Below, piece after piece: positions 27,998-37,194 of a stretch of 64,000 bases of DNA. The stretch is from the NCBI GenBank assembly GCA_009923445.1, contig RFTN01000002.1, positions 102,436-166,435 of the forward strand, in the 5' to 3' direction. Source of the DNA: a bacterium. GTDB taxonomy: Bacteria; Patescibacteriota; Saccharimonadia; Saccharimonadales; SZUA-47. The translations under genes and the position numbers were made by a program. The first letter of the stretch is position 1. Every line of letters begins with the position of its first letter. The notes under the pieces were generated by a model. It was not told where the DNA came from. It was given only the letters and a program-made list of their open reading frames with translations, and made no database searches.

Positions 27998-28414
27998 CTA
28001 AACCTGCGAGGTCATACCAAGATGCTGTCGAACCTTTTCTACCACATCAGCAATAACAACTTGAGATTTTACTAAATAATCGTCTACCCCGAGTTCTTGG
28101 GCGCGCTGACGGTCGCTGTCTTGGCTGAGTGCTGTAAGCATAATTACACGAACATTTGTGGTTTCGGGTGTGTTGCGCAGAATGTCTAGTACATCAAAGC
28201 CACTCACTTTGGGCATCATGACATCGAGCAATATAATATCTGGCCTAAACTCGAGTGTTGCGGCTAAGGCGTCTTCGCCATTTTGTACACGCTTAACAAT
28301 AAATCCTTCCGCATCGAAACGAGTTGCATACACACTAGCCAGAGAATCATCATCTTCGACTAATAAAATCTTTTTTGGGCTTGTTGATGTTGAGTTTATT
28401 ACTTGTTTATCCAT
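27998..28414 (-). CDS. Single-domain response regulator (CheY-like)
   Basis: ILLVEDDD acidic pocket, phospho-acceptor Asp in IILLDVMMP, MLTA, and DDYLVKS. ATG at 28414 has an AGAGGT SD. Confidence 0.85.
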   Translation of the reverse strand: MDKQVINSTSTSPKKILLVEDDDSLASVYATRFDAEGFIVKRVQNGEDALAATLEFRPDIILLDVMMPKVSGFDVLDILRNTPETTNVRVIMLTALSQDSDRQRAQELGVDDYLVKSQVVIADVVEKVRQHLGMTSQV

Positions 28415-28427
28415 AATACCTCTTATG

Positions 28428-30047
28428 CTACTTTGTTTGTGCGCATGCGTCAATGAATCCAGCAAATAATGGGTGCGGGTGTGTGGGCCGAGATTTAAAT
28501 TCGGGGTGAAATTGTGAAGCTATAAAGAACGGATGATTGGTGCCCTCGATAATCTCTACCAGAGTACCGTCAGGCGACACACCACTTGCGCTTATGCCCC
28601 AATTGGCGTATTGACCTACATACTTATTGTTCGCCTCGTAGCGATGCCTGTGGCGTTCGTTTACTGTTTTTGCTGTGTACAACTTACGCGCTAGCGAACC
28701 CTCTACTAGCTCACAGGGATAGTTACCAAGCCGCATAGTACCTCCCGTGCCCTCTTTGCCCTTTTGGTCGTTCATGGTATGAATTACAGGGTGAGGCGTG
28801 TTAGGGTTTAGCTCAATAGTGTTTGCGCCCTTTAGCCCTGCGCGACGTGCGGCCGCAATAACGCCAACCTGCATACCCAAACACAAGCCTAAATAAGGCA
28901 GTTTTGAGTCTAGGCTAAAAGTAGCGGCACGGATTTTGCCCTCTAGCCCACGTTTACCAAACCCACCTGGCACGACAATGCCATGCAGCCCACTAAGCTC
29001 TTTAGCAATATTTACTTTTGTATTTTCAAACTTTTCGGCATCAATCCATTTGATACGAACTTGTTTGCCCGCTGCCCACGCTGCGCTTTTTAGCGCCTCA
29101 ACGACCGACATATACGTGTCTTGGTTGTTTAGATATTTGGCAACTATACCAATGTGTAGCACTGGCGCACTATCATTACTAGCCCGCTCGACGAGTTTAT
29201 GCCACGATGCAACGTTTGCCTTTTTATTTGGCAAGTTAAGTCGCTCGACAAGCACCTTGCCTATGTTTTGTTTTTCAAGAGTAAGTGGAACTTGGTAAAT
29301 GGTATTGGCGTTTGGCAATAGTACAATTGCCCTTTTGTCGACCCCACTAAACAAACTCAGCTTACTAATTACTTCGTCGGGTGCCTGCGCTTCGCTACGG
29401 GCAACCAAAACATCGGGTACTATACCCAGTCCACGGAGTTCTCGAACCGCGTTTTGAGCAGGCTTAGTTTTAAGTTCGCCACTTGCGCCTAAATATGGCA
29501 AGTATACAACGTGTACATAGGCACAGTTTTCGCGGCCAACTCTCATACCCAGTTCGCGAATTGCCTCAATAAAGCTAAGACCCTCGTAATCGCCGACCGT
29601 TCCGCCAACTTCTATTATATGAACATCAAAACCCTTAGCAGCATTTTGAATATGCTCTTGTATGGCACTTGTCACATGAGGAATTATCTGAACTGTTTTA
29701 CCTAGATATTTTCCAGCCCGCTCGTCGTCAATAACTTGCCGCATTATACGCCCGCTCATAAGGCTACTTTGGCGGGTTAGTTCTATGTTTAAAAAGCGTT
29801 CGTAATGACCAAGGTCAAGATCTGTTTCGGCACCGTCTGCTGTTACAAAGCATTCACCATGCTCGGCGGGGTTGAGTGTGCCGGCATCGGTATTTAAATA
29901 AGGGTCACATTTTTGGATGTTTACGCTTAGGCCGCGGGCCTTTAATATGTTGCCGATTGAGGCGGCCGTTATACCCTTGCCGACTCCAGAGAGGACACCG
30001 CCAGTGACAAACACATATTTAGTAAGCCCAGTTTTGGCTTTTGCCAC
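28428..30047 (-). CDS. pyrG: CTP synthase
   Basis: N-terminal block KYVFVTGGVLSGVGKGI, and a C-terminal glutamine amidotransferase domain with GLCLGMQ and HRHRYE. Confidence 0.95.
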   Translation of the reverse strand: MAKAKTGLTKYVFVTGGVLSGVGKGITAASIGNILKARGLSVNIQKCDPYLNTDAGTLNPAEHGECFVTADGAETDLDLGHYERFLNIELTRQSSLMSGRIMRQVIDDERAGKYLGKTVQIIPHVTSAIQEHIQNAAKGFDVHIIEVGGTVGDYEGLSFIEAIRELGMRVGRENCAYVHVVYLPYLGASGELKTKPAQNAVRELRGLGIVPDVLVARSEAQAPDEVISKLSLFSGVDKRAIVLLPNANTIYQVPLTLEKQNIGKVLVERLNLPNKKANVASWHKLVERASNDSAPVLHIGIVAKYLNNQDTYMSVVEALKSAAWAAGKQVRIKWIDAEKFENTKVNIAKELSGLHGIVVPGGFGKRGLEGKIRAATFSLDSKLPYLGLCLGMQVGVIAAARRAGLKGANTIELNPNTPHPVIHTMNDQKGKEGTGGTMRLGNYPCELVEGSLARKLYTAKTVNERHRHRYEANNKYVGQYANWGISASGVSPDGTLVEIIEGTNHPFFIASQFHPEFKSRPTHPHPLFAGFIDACAQTK

Positions 30048-30113
30048 ACATACCCCTTAATTTATATATGTAATACTACCCTACTTCGCTAGCGCTGCGC
30101 AAGTGTAGAACAG

Positions 30114-31337
30114 TTACTTTAGATATGCTTTGGCGGCGTCGATTTGCGGGTCGACACCATTTTTGATGTCTTGATCAGATATTTTTACTTCTTGATCGGG
30201 CTTAATACCCTCTTTATCAATATTTTTATCATTTGGGGTAAACCAACGAGCTATAGTTACTTTGAGCGTACCACCCGCCGATAAATCAATTATTTGCTGT
30301 ACGCTCCCCTTGCCATATGATGTTTCGCCTATGAGAGTCGCAACTTCGTTGTCGTGCAGTGCACCGGCGGTTATTTCACTGGCACTCGCACTACCGCCAT
30401 TTATAAGAACTGCCGTTTTTATACCCTTTAATGTCGGCGCTCCACTTGCTTTAAAGGTCTTTTCTACTTTTCCGCCACGTTTTTCAAGCAACACCACCTT
30501 GCCATTATCGAGCCACAAGCTACTTACTTTAACAGCAGCGTCAAGCAACCCGCCTGGGTTACCACGCATATCTAATATAACTCCGCGCACGTTTGCGTCC
30601 CGACACTCGGTTGCAGCTTTTTGCATGAGCGATGCAGTATCTTCGCCAAATCGACTCAGCGTAATGGTACATATGCCGTCTTTAATCTCCCACTTAACAC
30701 TCGGGATTGAAATTTTTCCGCGTGTAATAGTTAGCTCAACCTTATTGCCATCGCGAGCCAAGGTTAGTTTTACGTCTGTACCTGCCTTACCCCTTATAAG
30801 CTTTACCGCTTCTGCAATAGACATATCAGTTGCTTGGGTATCATCAATTTTAACAATTATATCTTTAGACTTTAAGCCTGCTTTTTCGGCCGGACTACCG
30901 GCTATCGGAGTTATTATTACGATATTGTTGCCATCTTTACCAAGCTCTGCGCCAATGCCTTCAAAGCTGCCACTTAGCTCATCACTAAAAGCCTTGCTGT
31001 CTTCGCTGTTAAAAAACTCAGTATACGGGTCACCAGCTGACTTTGCCGCACCAGACTTTAAGCTGTCCATGAGTTTAGTGTCGTCAATAGCGCCGTCATA
31101 GTTATCGCGGAGCGCCTTTACTACTTCATTAACCTCGTTAAAATTTTGTATATTACCGCGTACAGCCCCACTACTAAGGCTAGTGATTCCAATATTACCC
31201 CTGCCGAATGCCCAGCCGCTTGCAAAAAGCAATAAAGCCACTATGACGCTAGCTGCTGCATATACCGAGCGATTGGTCACCTCTGTGTTTACTTTTTTAC
31301 TCTTTGTGTCTTGTTCTTTTTTTAATGTCAACGCCAC
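30114..31337 (-). CDS. ctpA: S41 carboxy-terminal processing protease with PDZ domain
   Basis: N-terminal anchor, PDZ domain (SPAEKAGLKSKDIIVKIDD), catalytic blocks DMRGNPGG and GSASASEI, and YGKGSVQ. Confidence 0.88.
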   Translation of the reverse strand: MALTLKKEQDTKSKKVNTEVTNRSVYAAASVIVALLLFASGWAFGRGNIGITSLSSGAVRGNIQNFNEVNEVVKALRDNYDGAIDDTKLMDSLKSGAAKSAGDPYTEFFNSEDSKAFSDELSGSFEGIGAELGKDGNNIVIITPIAGSPAEKAGLKSKDIIVKIDDTQATDMSIAEAVKLIRGKAGTDVKLTLARDGNKVELTITRGKISIPSVKWEIKDGICTITLSRFGEDTASLMQKAATECRDANVRGVILDMRGNPGGLLDAAVKVSSLWLDNGKVVLLEKRGGKVEKTFKASGAPTLKGIKTAVLINGGSASASEITAGALHDNEVATLIGETSYGKGSVQQIIDLSAGGTLKVTIARWFTPNDKNIDKEGIKPDQEVKISDQDIKNGVDPQIDAAKAYLK

Positions 31338-31398
31338 GAAATATACACTCCATTATTTAGTAACTACTAATTGTATTGTACTATGTATAGTGCGACTT

Positions 31399-32505
31399 TT
31401 ATGGGAATCTTATGTATTTATTGGCAAAGTTAGTCGAAACAGTTGCCTCACTATATTCACCCGAAACTTGCGCGTTGTACTGACTTATGCGCATGGTGCC
31501 GTTGTTATATACAGTCTCTACGTACACCACGTGCCCAAACGATCCACCCGTTAATACGCCAACATCTCCTGCTTGCGGTGAGTTATACTGCCATGCATCT
31601 GGAGCTGCGTTTACCCAGTTTTTGGCATTACCATAATACAGTGGCGCCTGACGACCAGAACGTTCGACCGCCCAAGCAGCATAACTGACGCACTGGCGCG
31701 TACAATAGCCCCATCTGTCTGGACCTTCACCAGGGCCACAACCCCAAGGAATCATACTAAACGCATAATCAGCATACGGATACCCGCCGTTATTACCATT
31801 ACCCCGCTCAAGCTGAATCTGTGCAAATAAAGCCCGGTTAACCTCAACCTGCTGGGCGCGCAAATCAGCAACAAGACTACGGTATCGTACTTCATCACCA
31901 CGTGTTTGGTCTAACAAGGCTTGACGGTCGTTGCGCTGGATAGCAACAGCGTCTTTTTGAGCTTGCTGCACCTTTAGTAGTTCTTCTTGCTCGAACTGCT
32001 GCTTTTGAATTTCTTGTTTGAGTGCAATAACTTTATCGGTCGACGTTTGTATGGCCGACTTAAGCCTCGTTAAGTATTCTTGACTGTCTATAAACTGCGA
32101 AAAACTATCACTACCAATTAGTAATTCGATTGGTGATGCACCACCTTTTTTATACAACGCACGCATACTGTCTTTTAACAGATCTTTTTGACGATCGAGT
32201 TCGGCCTGTGTCTCGTTGAGTTTATTTTGTAAGTCTTGTATTTTAAGATTTGTTTGTTCGATACGAGCATTTTCTTGGTCAATTTGTATATCAAGTGCAC
32301 CAACGGCTTTTTTTAAGCTATCTGCTTGTTGTGCGAGCTCTTTTGCCTTGGCTGTACCGGCGTTTATCTGCGACTGTAGCGTGTTTACCTGTTCTTGTAA
32401 CTGCACTGATGTAAGTGCGTGAACAGTACCCGAAAACATACCCGCCATTAGAATTGTACTGGCAATAAAAGTAAATAGTTTTTGTTTTAGACGAATAGTC
32501 TTCAT
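31399..32505 (-). CDS. PcsB/CwlO-like peptidoglycan hydrolase (coiled coil plus CHAP domain)
   Basis: Signal peptide, about 230 aa of Gln/Leu/Lys-rich coiled coil, and a C-terminal CHAP domain (catalytic Cys in YCTRQCVSYAAW, His in GHVVYVE). ATG at 32505 chosen. Confidence 0.8.
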   Translation of the reverse strand: MKTIRLKQKLFTFIASTILMAGMFSGTVHALTSVQLQEQVNTLQSQINAGTAKAKELAQQADSLKKAVGALDIQIDQENARIEQTNLKIQDLQNKLNETQAELDRQKDLLKDSMRALYKKGGASPIELLIGSDSFSQFIDSQEYLTRLKSAIQTSTDKVIALKQEIQKQQFEQEELLKVQQAQKDAVAIQRNDRQALLDQTRGDEVRYRSLVADLRAQQVEVNRALFAQIQLERGNGNNGGYPYADYAFSMIPWGCGPGEGPDRWGYCTRQCVSYAAWAVERSGRQAPLYYGNAKNWVNAAPDAWQYNSPQAGDVGVLTGGSFGHVVYVETVYNNGTMRISQYNAQVSGEYSEATVSTNFANKYIRFP

Positions 32506-32590
32506 CACCTTAGTATTATAGCATAAGTACACAACACCTTTTTGCTTACCACAGAGGCTTCTTTATGTTGTTTTGAGGAATCAATCTTTT

Positions 32591-32612
32591 CAACTTTTGA
32601 TGTCAAAAGTTG
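32591..32612. repeat. 10-bp perfect inverted repeat with 2-nt spacer
   Basis: CAACTTTTGA-tg-TCAAAAGTTG, about 85 nt upstream of the PcsB-like start codon. Confidence 0.7.
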
Positions 32613-33152
32613 AGCAAAACCACTGGGACCAAAGCTTTCGTGGTATGCCCCTAATTGTAAAAAACAACACTGCTCGGCAGAACTCCCCGCCAGCTGGAGG
32701 GTCGGGATTATTTTTTCTAAATATTTTAGGTAGAAAAAATAACCATGCTGCCTCCTTTTAAGTGTTATTTTTATACAATGGGCATCCAGGAAAGACTTTG
32801 ATAGTCCCAGACCATATTAGTAACCATAGCTCTAGCGATAGCTCGACCACAAAGTGGTCGCACCGCCATTCTAAGAACACCCAACAGGTGGAGTGGTTAT
32901 ATTACGGAATAGTTTCTGAGGGCTTCATTTTTTACCTACTTAAAGTTAACTAGTAAAAAATGTGCACCAGAGCGCAATCCCGAAGAACCGTAAAATAGGC
33001 AGTACACATGCTGGAGTGTTTTTAGCATGGCACGGTTTTGGGTTCCGTTTTGCCAAGACAAAATGGAACAAAGAAATCAAACCATAGGTTTGAAAGAAAT
33101 TTTGCCACCAAAAGTGTGAAAGAGGCCTCTTCTGAAAGCAGAAAATAAGATT

Positions 33153-34100
33153 TTACCAGTGCTTGAGTTTGAGGTGTTTGTTCATTGCCAACATACTCGA
33201 AAAAATACCAACCATTATACCTACTAGTATTGCTCCTGCGAGCGATATAAGCATGACTGATGTGCTTGTAAATAGTGCGTAGCTAGCCGAAAACTCTGCT
33301 TGGTTTTGTATTTTTGGACCAATGCTTAATATGGCTGTGTAAACAGCGACATTTGCCAGCACGCCCGCAATAAAACCGTACATACACGACTCAACTAAAA
33401 ATGGTCCGCGTATGTAATTTGGTGTAGCGCCAATCAATTTCATAATACGAATTTCTTCACTCCTTGTAAAAATCGCCATACGAATAGTATTAAAAATTAT
33501 TAGCACAGACACTGCGGCAAATAATATTGCTGCAAAAATACTACCCCGAGTTATATAGCGCTGAGCACTGGTTGCGCGCTCGATAGTTTCTTTGGCGACA
33601 TCGTTTTTACCAACCGATACGTCGTCAACAACGTCTTTATAACCCTGCTCTTTTGCGATAGCTACAATGCTATTACTCTTAGATAAATCGGTCAGCGATA
33701 CTTCAAGTGACTCTGGTAGCGTCGTTGCACCGGTCAGGGCTAGAGCTTGCTCGATAAAAGCTTTATCTTGCTGATTTTGATTTGTTTTAAAGCGGCGCTC
33801 AGCCTCTCTTCGATCTACGAAAGTAATGTTATCGACACCTTCTTGTGACTGGAGCCTTGCCTTAACCATGTCCCGACGCTCCTCGGTGGCACCATCTTTT
33901 AAATATATTGTAACTTTTATTTTTTTACTAAGTTCTTTGACTGCATTACCCGTAGATACGTGCAAAACAACTGCACCCAACATTATTGTTAGGGCAACAG
34001 TCATAACTGCCGTTGCTGCTATAGAAAGCCATGCGTTTCGCAAAAAATTGTTACCACCGGCTTTTGTAACACGCCAAAATGCGTTTAACTTACGCTTCAT
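33153..34100 (-). CDS. ftsX: Cell division ABC transporter permease FtsX
   Basis: 4-TM FtsX topology with a large first extracytoplasmic loop. Overlaps ftsE by 4 nt. Confidence 0.9.
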   Translation of the reverse strand: MKRKLNAFWRVTKAGGNNFLRNAWLSIAATAVMTVALTIMLGAVVLHVSTGNAVKELSKKIKVTIYLKDGATEERRDMVKARLQSQEGVDNITFVDRREAERRFKTNQNQQDKAFIEQALALTGATTLPESLEVSLTDLSKSNSIVAIAKEQGYKDVVDDVSVGKNDVAKETIERATSAQRYITRGSIFAAILFAAVSVLIIFNTIRMAIFTRSEEIRIMKLIGATPNYIRGPFLVESCMYGFIAGVLANVAVYTAILSIGPKIQNQAEFSASYALFTSTSVMLISLAGAILVGIMVGIFSSMLAMNKHLKLKHW

Positions 34101-34774
34101 TTATAGCTGCCTCCGGCTTTGTCAGAAACGATATGTCCACCGTCTATTGTCACGACTCGGCGTTTGAGCTTATTAACAATTTCTTGGTTGTGAGTCGTCA
34201 ACAGTACGGTTGTGCCATAGTGGTTTATTTTTTCGAGAACTCGAATAACATCCCACGCATGTTTTGGATCTAAATTGCCGGTAGGCTCATCTGCAATGAG
34301 TATTTTAGGCTGGCGAACGACTGCCCTTGCGATTGCAACTCGCTGTCGCTCACCTCCAGATAATTCGCTTGGGTAGCTGTCTTCTTTGCCTTTTAGACCA
34401 ACCAAATCTAGCACCTTTGGTACCGTATGCTTTATTTCTCTGTTACTAAGTCCTACAATCTCGAGTGCAAATGCAACATTTTCGAATACAGTTTTAGCTG
34501 GTAATAGCTTAAAATCTTGAAAAACGACGCCTATTTTACGCCTTAAATAAGGTATATCTCGGTCTTTTAGCCGTTCGTAATCAATACCGCCTACCAAAAT
34601 TTTGCCACTAGTCGGTTTTTCTTCACGTGTGAGCAGTTTTAATAAGGTACTTTTACCTGCGCCACTATGACCAACAATAATAACAAACTCTTTTGGTTCG
34701 ACGTGCAAACTGATACGCTCAAGCGCAGCGCCCTTTTTACTATATGTTTTTGTAACTCTATCAAGTAATATCAC
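34097..34774 (-). CDS. ftsE: Cell division ATP-binding protein FtsE
   Basis: Walker A GHSGAGKST, ABC signature LSGGERQR and Walker B ILIADEPTGNLD. Confidence 0.93.
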   Translation of the reverse strand: MILLDRVTKTYSKKGAALERISLHVEPKEFVIIVGHSGAGKSTLLKLLTREEKPTSGKILVGGIDYERLKDRDIPYLRRKIGVVFQDFKLLPAKTVFENVAFALEIVGLSNREIKHTVPKVLDLVGLKGKEDSYPSELSGGERQRVAIARAVVRQPKILIADEPTGNLDPKHAWDVIRVLEKINHYGTTVLLTTHNQEIVNKLKRRVVTIDGGHIVSDKAGGSYK

Positions 34775-34790
34775 TAATACTAGTATATCA

Positions 34791-35879
34791 CTAACGCTTA
34801 GCTGTGAGTAAGTAGGCTGCTATACATTCGTCGATATCACCCTCTAGCACGCCCTGTGTATCACTTGTTTCGTAGCCGCTGCGTACATCTTTTACCATTT
34901 TATATGGGTGAAGCACATAGTTACGGATTTGGTTACCCCATGCTGCCTGTTCGTTTGGTCCGCGTAGTTCAGATACCTTTTTATCATGCTGTTCTTGCTG
35001 CAGCGCTGCTAATTTTGATCGTAGTATTGTCATTGCTGTTTCGCGGTTTTGTAGCTGTGAACGTTCGTTTTGGATTGCAACGACAATGCCAGACGGAATA
35101 TGTGTAACACGTACAGCACTATCGGTTGTGTTAACACTCTGCCCGCCCTTACCGCCACTACGGTATACATCAATTTTCAGTTCTTTTTCGTCAATTGTTA
35201 TGTCGGCTTCATTTTCGATTTTAGGAACTACTTCAACACGAGCAAAACTCGTTTGCCTTAAGCTGTCAGCATTAAAAGGACTTAGGCGCACGAGCCTATG
35301 TACGCCGTGTTCTGAGCGTAACTTGCCATACAAAAATGATCCTGAATCAATTGCGAACGTTACACTTTTTATACCAGCTTCATCACCATCAGATTTATCT
35401 AGTATCGTCGTTTTAAGCTTGTGATTTTCTGCCCAGCGCGTATACATGCGTAGCAACATTGCAGCCCAGTCTTGAGCATCGGTCCCACCTGCCCCTGCAT
35501 ATATACTCATAACGACATCGTACTTGTCGTATGGATGTGAAAAATCTAGTTCTATTTTGGCTGTTTTAAACTGATTTTGTAGTTGTGTAAGATTTGCAGA
35601 TATTTCGACTTGCATACTGGCATCGTTCATCTCAGATAATTCTTTTAAAGTCTGTGCACCCTGCCGAAGCTCTGTCCATGTATCAAGAGTACGTTTTGCT
35701 TCTGCTGCTTGCTTGCTTACCGCCTGCGCTTGAGCTTGATCGTTCCAAAAATCTGCTGCCGACATAGTAACCTCGGCATCAGCTACGGTTTTTTGTAAAT
35801 CTGCTATTGGTACTTTTTTTATAGCATTATTAACAGATGTATAAAATTCACTCACTGCTGTTGTAACACTGTCTTGCAT
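34791..35879 (-). CDS. prfB: Peptide chain release factor 2
   Basis: SPF tripeptide (RLSPFNA) and GGQ (SGGKGGQSVN). A single uninterrupted ORF, with no programmed +1 frameshift site. Confidence 0.93.
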   Translation of the reverse strand: MQDSVTTAVSEFYTSVNNAIKKVPIADLQKTVADAEVTMSAADFWNDQAQAQAVSKQAAEAKRTLDTWTELRQGAQTLKELSEMNDASMQVEISANLTQLQNQFKTAKIELDFSHPYDKYDVVMSIYAGAGGTDAQDWAAMLLRMYTRWAENHKLKTTILDKSDGDEAGIKSVTFAIDSGSFLYGKLRSEHGVHRLVRLSPFNADSLRQTSFARVEVVPKIENEADITIDEKELKIDVYRSGGKGGQSVNTTDSAVRVTHIPSGIVVAIQNERSQLQNRETAMTILRSKLAALQQEQHDKKVSELRGPNEQAAWGNQIRNYVLHPYKMVKDVRSGYETSDTQGVLEGDIDECIAAYLLTAKR

Positions 35880-35891
35880 AGGCTTAGTATA

Positions 35892-37166
35892 TCAATTACT
35901 GAACAAAGGCGTCAGTATATCATAAAGCTGAGTGGCATGGTCGCTGGCAACATCGCCAAGCAAACCAAGCATCCACGGGCCGCTCAAAACCGTGGCTAGT
36001 ATAGCCTTTATGTCGTCGTTGGTCACCTCTGAAATCCGCTGCTCGTACCCAAGTTCATTTGCTATAGTGTCGTCGCGAAAGTACGGCGCACTGTATCGTG
36101 AAAGTAGCGAACGAACAGTTTGCGCAGAGCGCTCATGATTACCAAGCATGTACAATTTTGCTGCCTGTAGATCTTTTTCGGACACCCCTTTTTCACGAAT
36201 AGTGATGAGTGAATGCACCATAAGCTGAAACAATTCTGATGCATTCTTTTTACTAACTTGTGCGCCTAGCCAAAAGCTAGAATAATCTTTTATATGCTGT
36301 TGCCCGGAGCCCATTGCATACACCAAGCCCCGTTCTCGAGCCGTACCAAACAAAATCGAATGGAGCGTATCTGTTAACAAAGTACTTAAGATGCCTAGCG
36401 CGTCTCTTTCGCGTTGATTAAATCGCCTTGTTGCGTATGCATCTACATAAAAATAATAGTTAGGTACATCTTTTTTGATTATGACAAGTGGAGAGTTATT
36501 GTGTATTGGTGTTTCGGTTGGCATGGAAATACGCGGCGTAGCACACTTTAGTTTAAGTTTAGCTAAAACATCAAGATGTTCTGACGTTACGTTGCCCGCG
36601 ATTATACAACGAGCGTTTTGAATGCTGTGCGTTGCATTATAATGGCTATTAATGTCGTCTTTTATTACATTTTGCATGAGTGTAACTCGCTCGGTGTCGC
36701 TCACACTACATAAACCTTGGGCTTCTCTAATCGCAATATTAAGTGTTCTAAAGTGATTGTTAGATCGTCCTTCGAGCTCTTCGGCAACGTTACCAAATTC
36801 TGCTTTGAATTCACTCGATTTGAATACGGGACGCTCGAGCGCTTGTGTTAATAAACCAAGTACGCGCGCTGTATCAAAATGAGCGCTTTCAACTTCGTAC
36901 GTTATATCATATGCACTCGTACTGGCGTTGCTATATGCGCCATTTTTTTCGAGGGCTGCCTGAAAATCACGCGACGTTGCAAAATTGCTATTCGACCCGA
37001 GCATCATATGTTCCATGATGTGCGCTGTTTCCCACTTTTCACGACCAAGCAAAAACTCGCCCGCCCTAAAGCTTATCTCGCAAGCTACCACTGGTGCATC
37101 TGGGACATTTAGAACAAGTGTTTTAAGGCCATTTTTAAAAGTTATTTCTTCGACGGAATGTTTCAT
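35892..37166 (-). CDS. M16 (pitrilysin/insulinase) family zinc peptidase
   Basis: Inverted zinc motif HxxEH (AHIMEHM) near the N-terminus, with two M16-like halves. ATG at 37166 chosen because the longer ORF overlaps the secA 3' end. Confidence 0.8.
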   Translation of the reverse strand: MKHSVEEITFKNGLKTLVLNVPDAPVVACEISFRAGEFLLGREKWETAHIMEHMMLGSNSNFATSRDFQAALEKNGAYSNASTSAYDITYEVESAHFDTARVLGLLTQALERPVFKSSEFKAEFGNVAEELEGRSNNHFRTLNIAIREAQGLCSVSDTERVTLMQNVIKDDINSHYNATHSIQNARCIIAGNVTSEHLDVLAKLKLKCATPRISMPTETPIHNNSPLVIIKKDVPNYYFYVDAYATRRFNQRERDALGILSTLLTDTLHSILFGTARERGLVYAMGSGQQHIKDYSSFWLGAQVSKKNASELFQLMVHSLITIREKGVSEKDLQAAKLYMLGNHERSAQTVRSLLSRYSAPYFRDDTIANELGYEQRISEVTNDDIKAILATVLSGPWMLGLLGDVASDHATQLYDILTPLFSN

Positions 37167-37194
37167 AGGTATGTGTACTTTGCAAGGCGGCAGG

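Noticed and set aside
32683-32716. Orphan plus-strand intrinsic terminator (a GC stem followed by ATTATTTTTT) implying a plus-strand sRNA.
   Set aside because: The T-run is separated from the best stem, and I found no convincing plus-strand promoter upstream. The same helix can be read as part of a minus-strand structured 5' region. I kept it only as an alternative reading.
32533-33152. RNase P RNA, tmRNA, SRP RNA or a tRNA hidden in the 620-bp gap.
   Set aside because: On both strands I looked for these signatures and found none convincing:
- The RNase P P4 strands (GAGGAAAGUCC with ACAGAAnnCGGCUUA).
- A tmRNA GGGG 5' end with T-arm, CCA-type 3' end and an ...AA-stop tag frame.
- The SRP GGAA/AGCA apical motifs.
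- A T-loop GGTTCGAATCC.

An AGGAAAG...AGTCCC stretch and a GCGCA hairpin are only superficially RNase-P-like. A covariance-model scan is still needed.
34791-35879. Programmed +1 frameshift in prfB.
   Set aside because: The RF2 ORF is continuous from its ATG. It has no short upstream frame ending in CTT-TGA, so no frameshift site is present.
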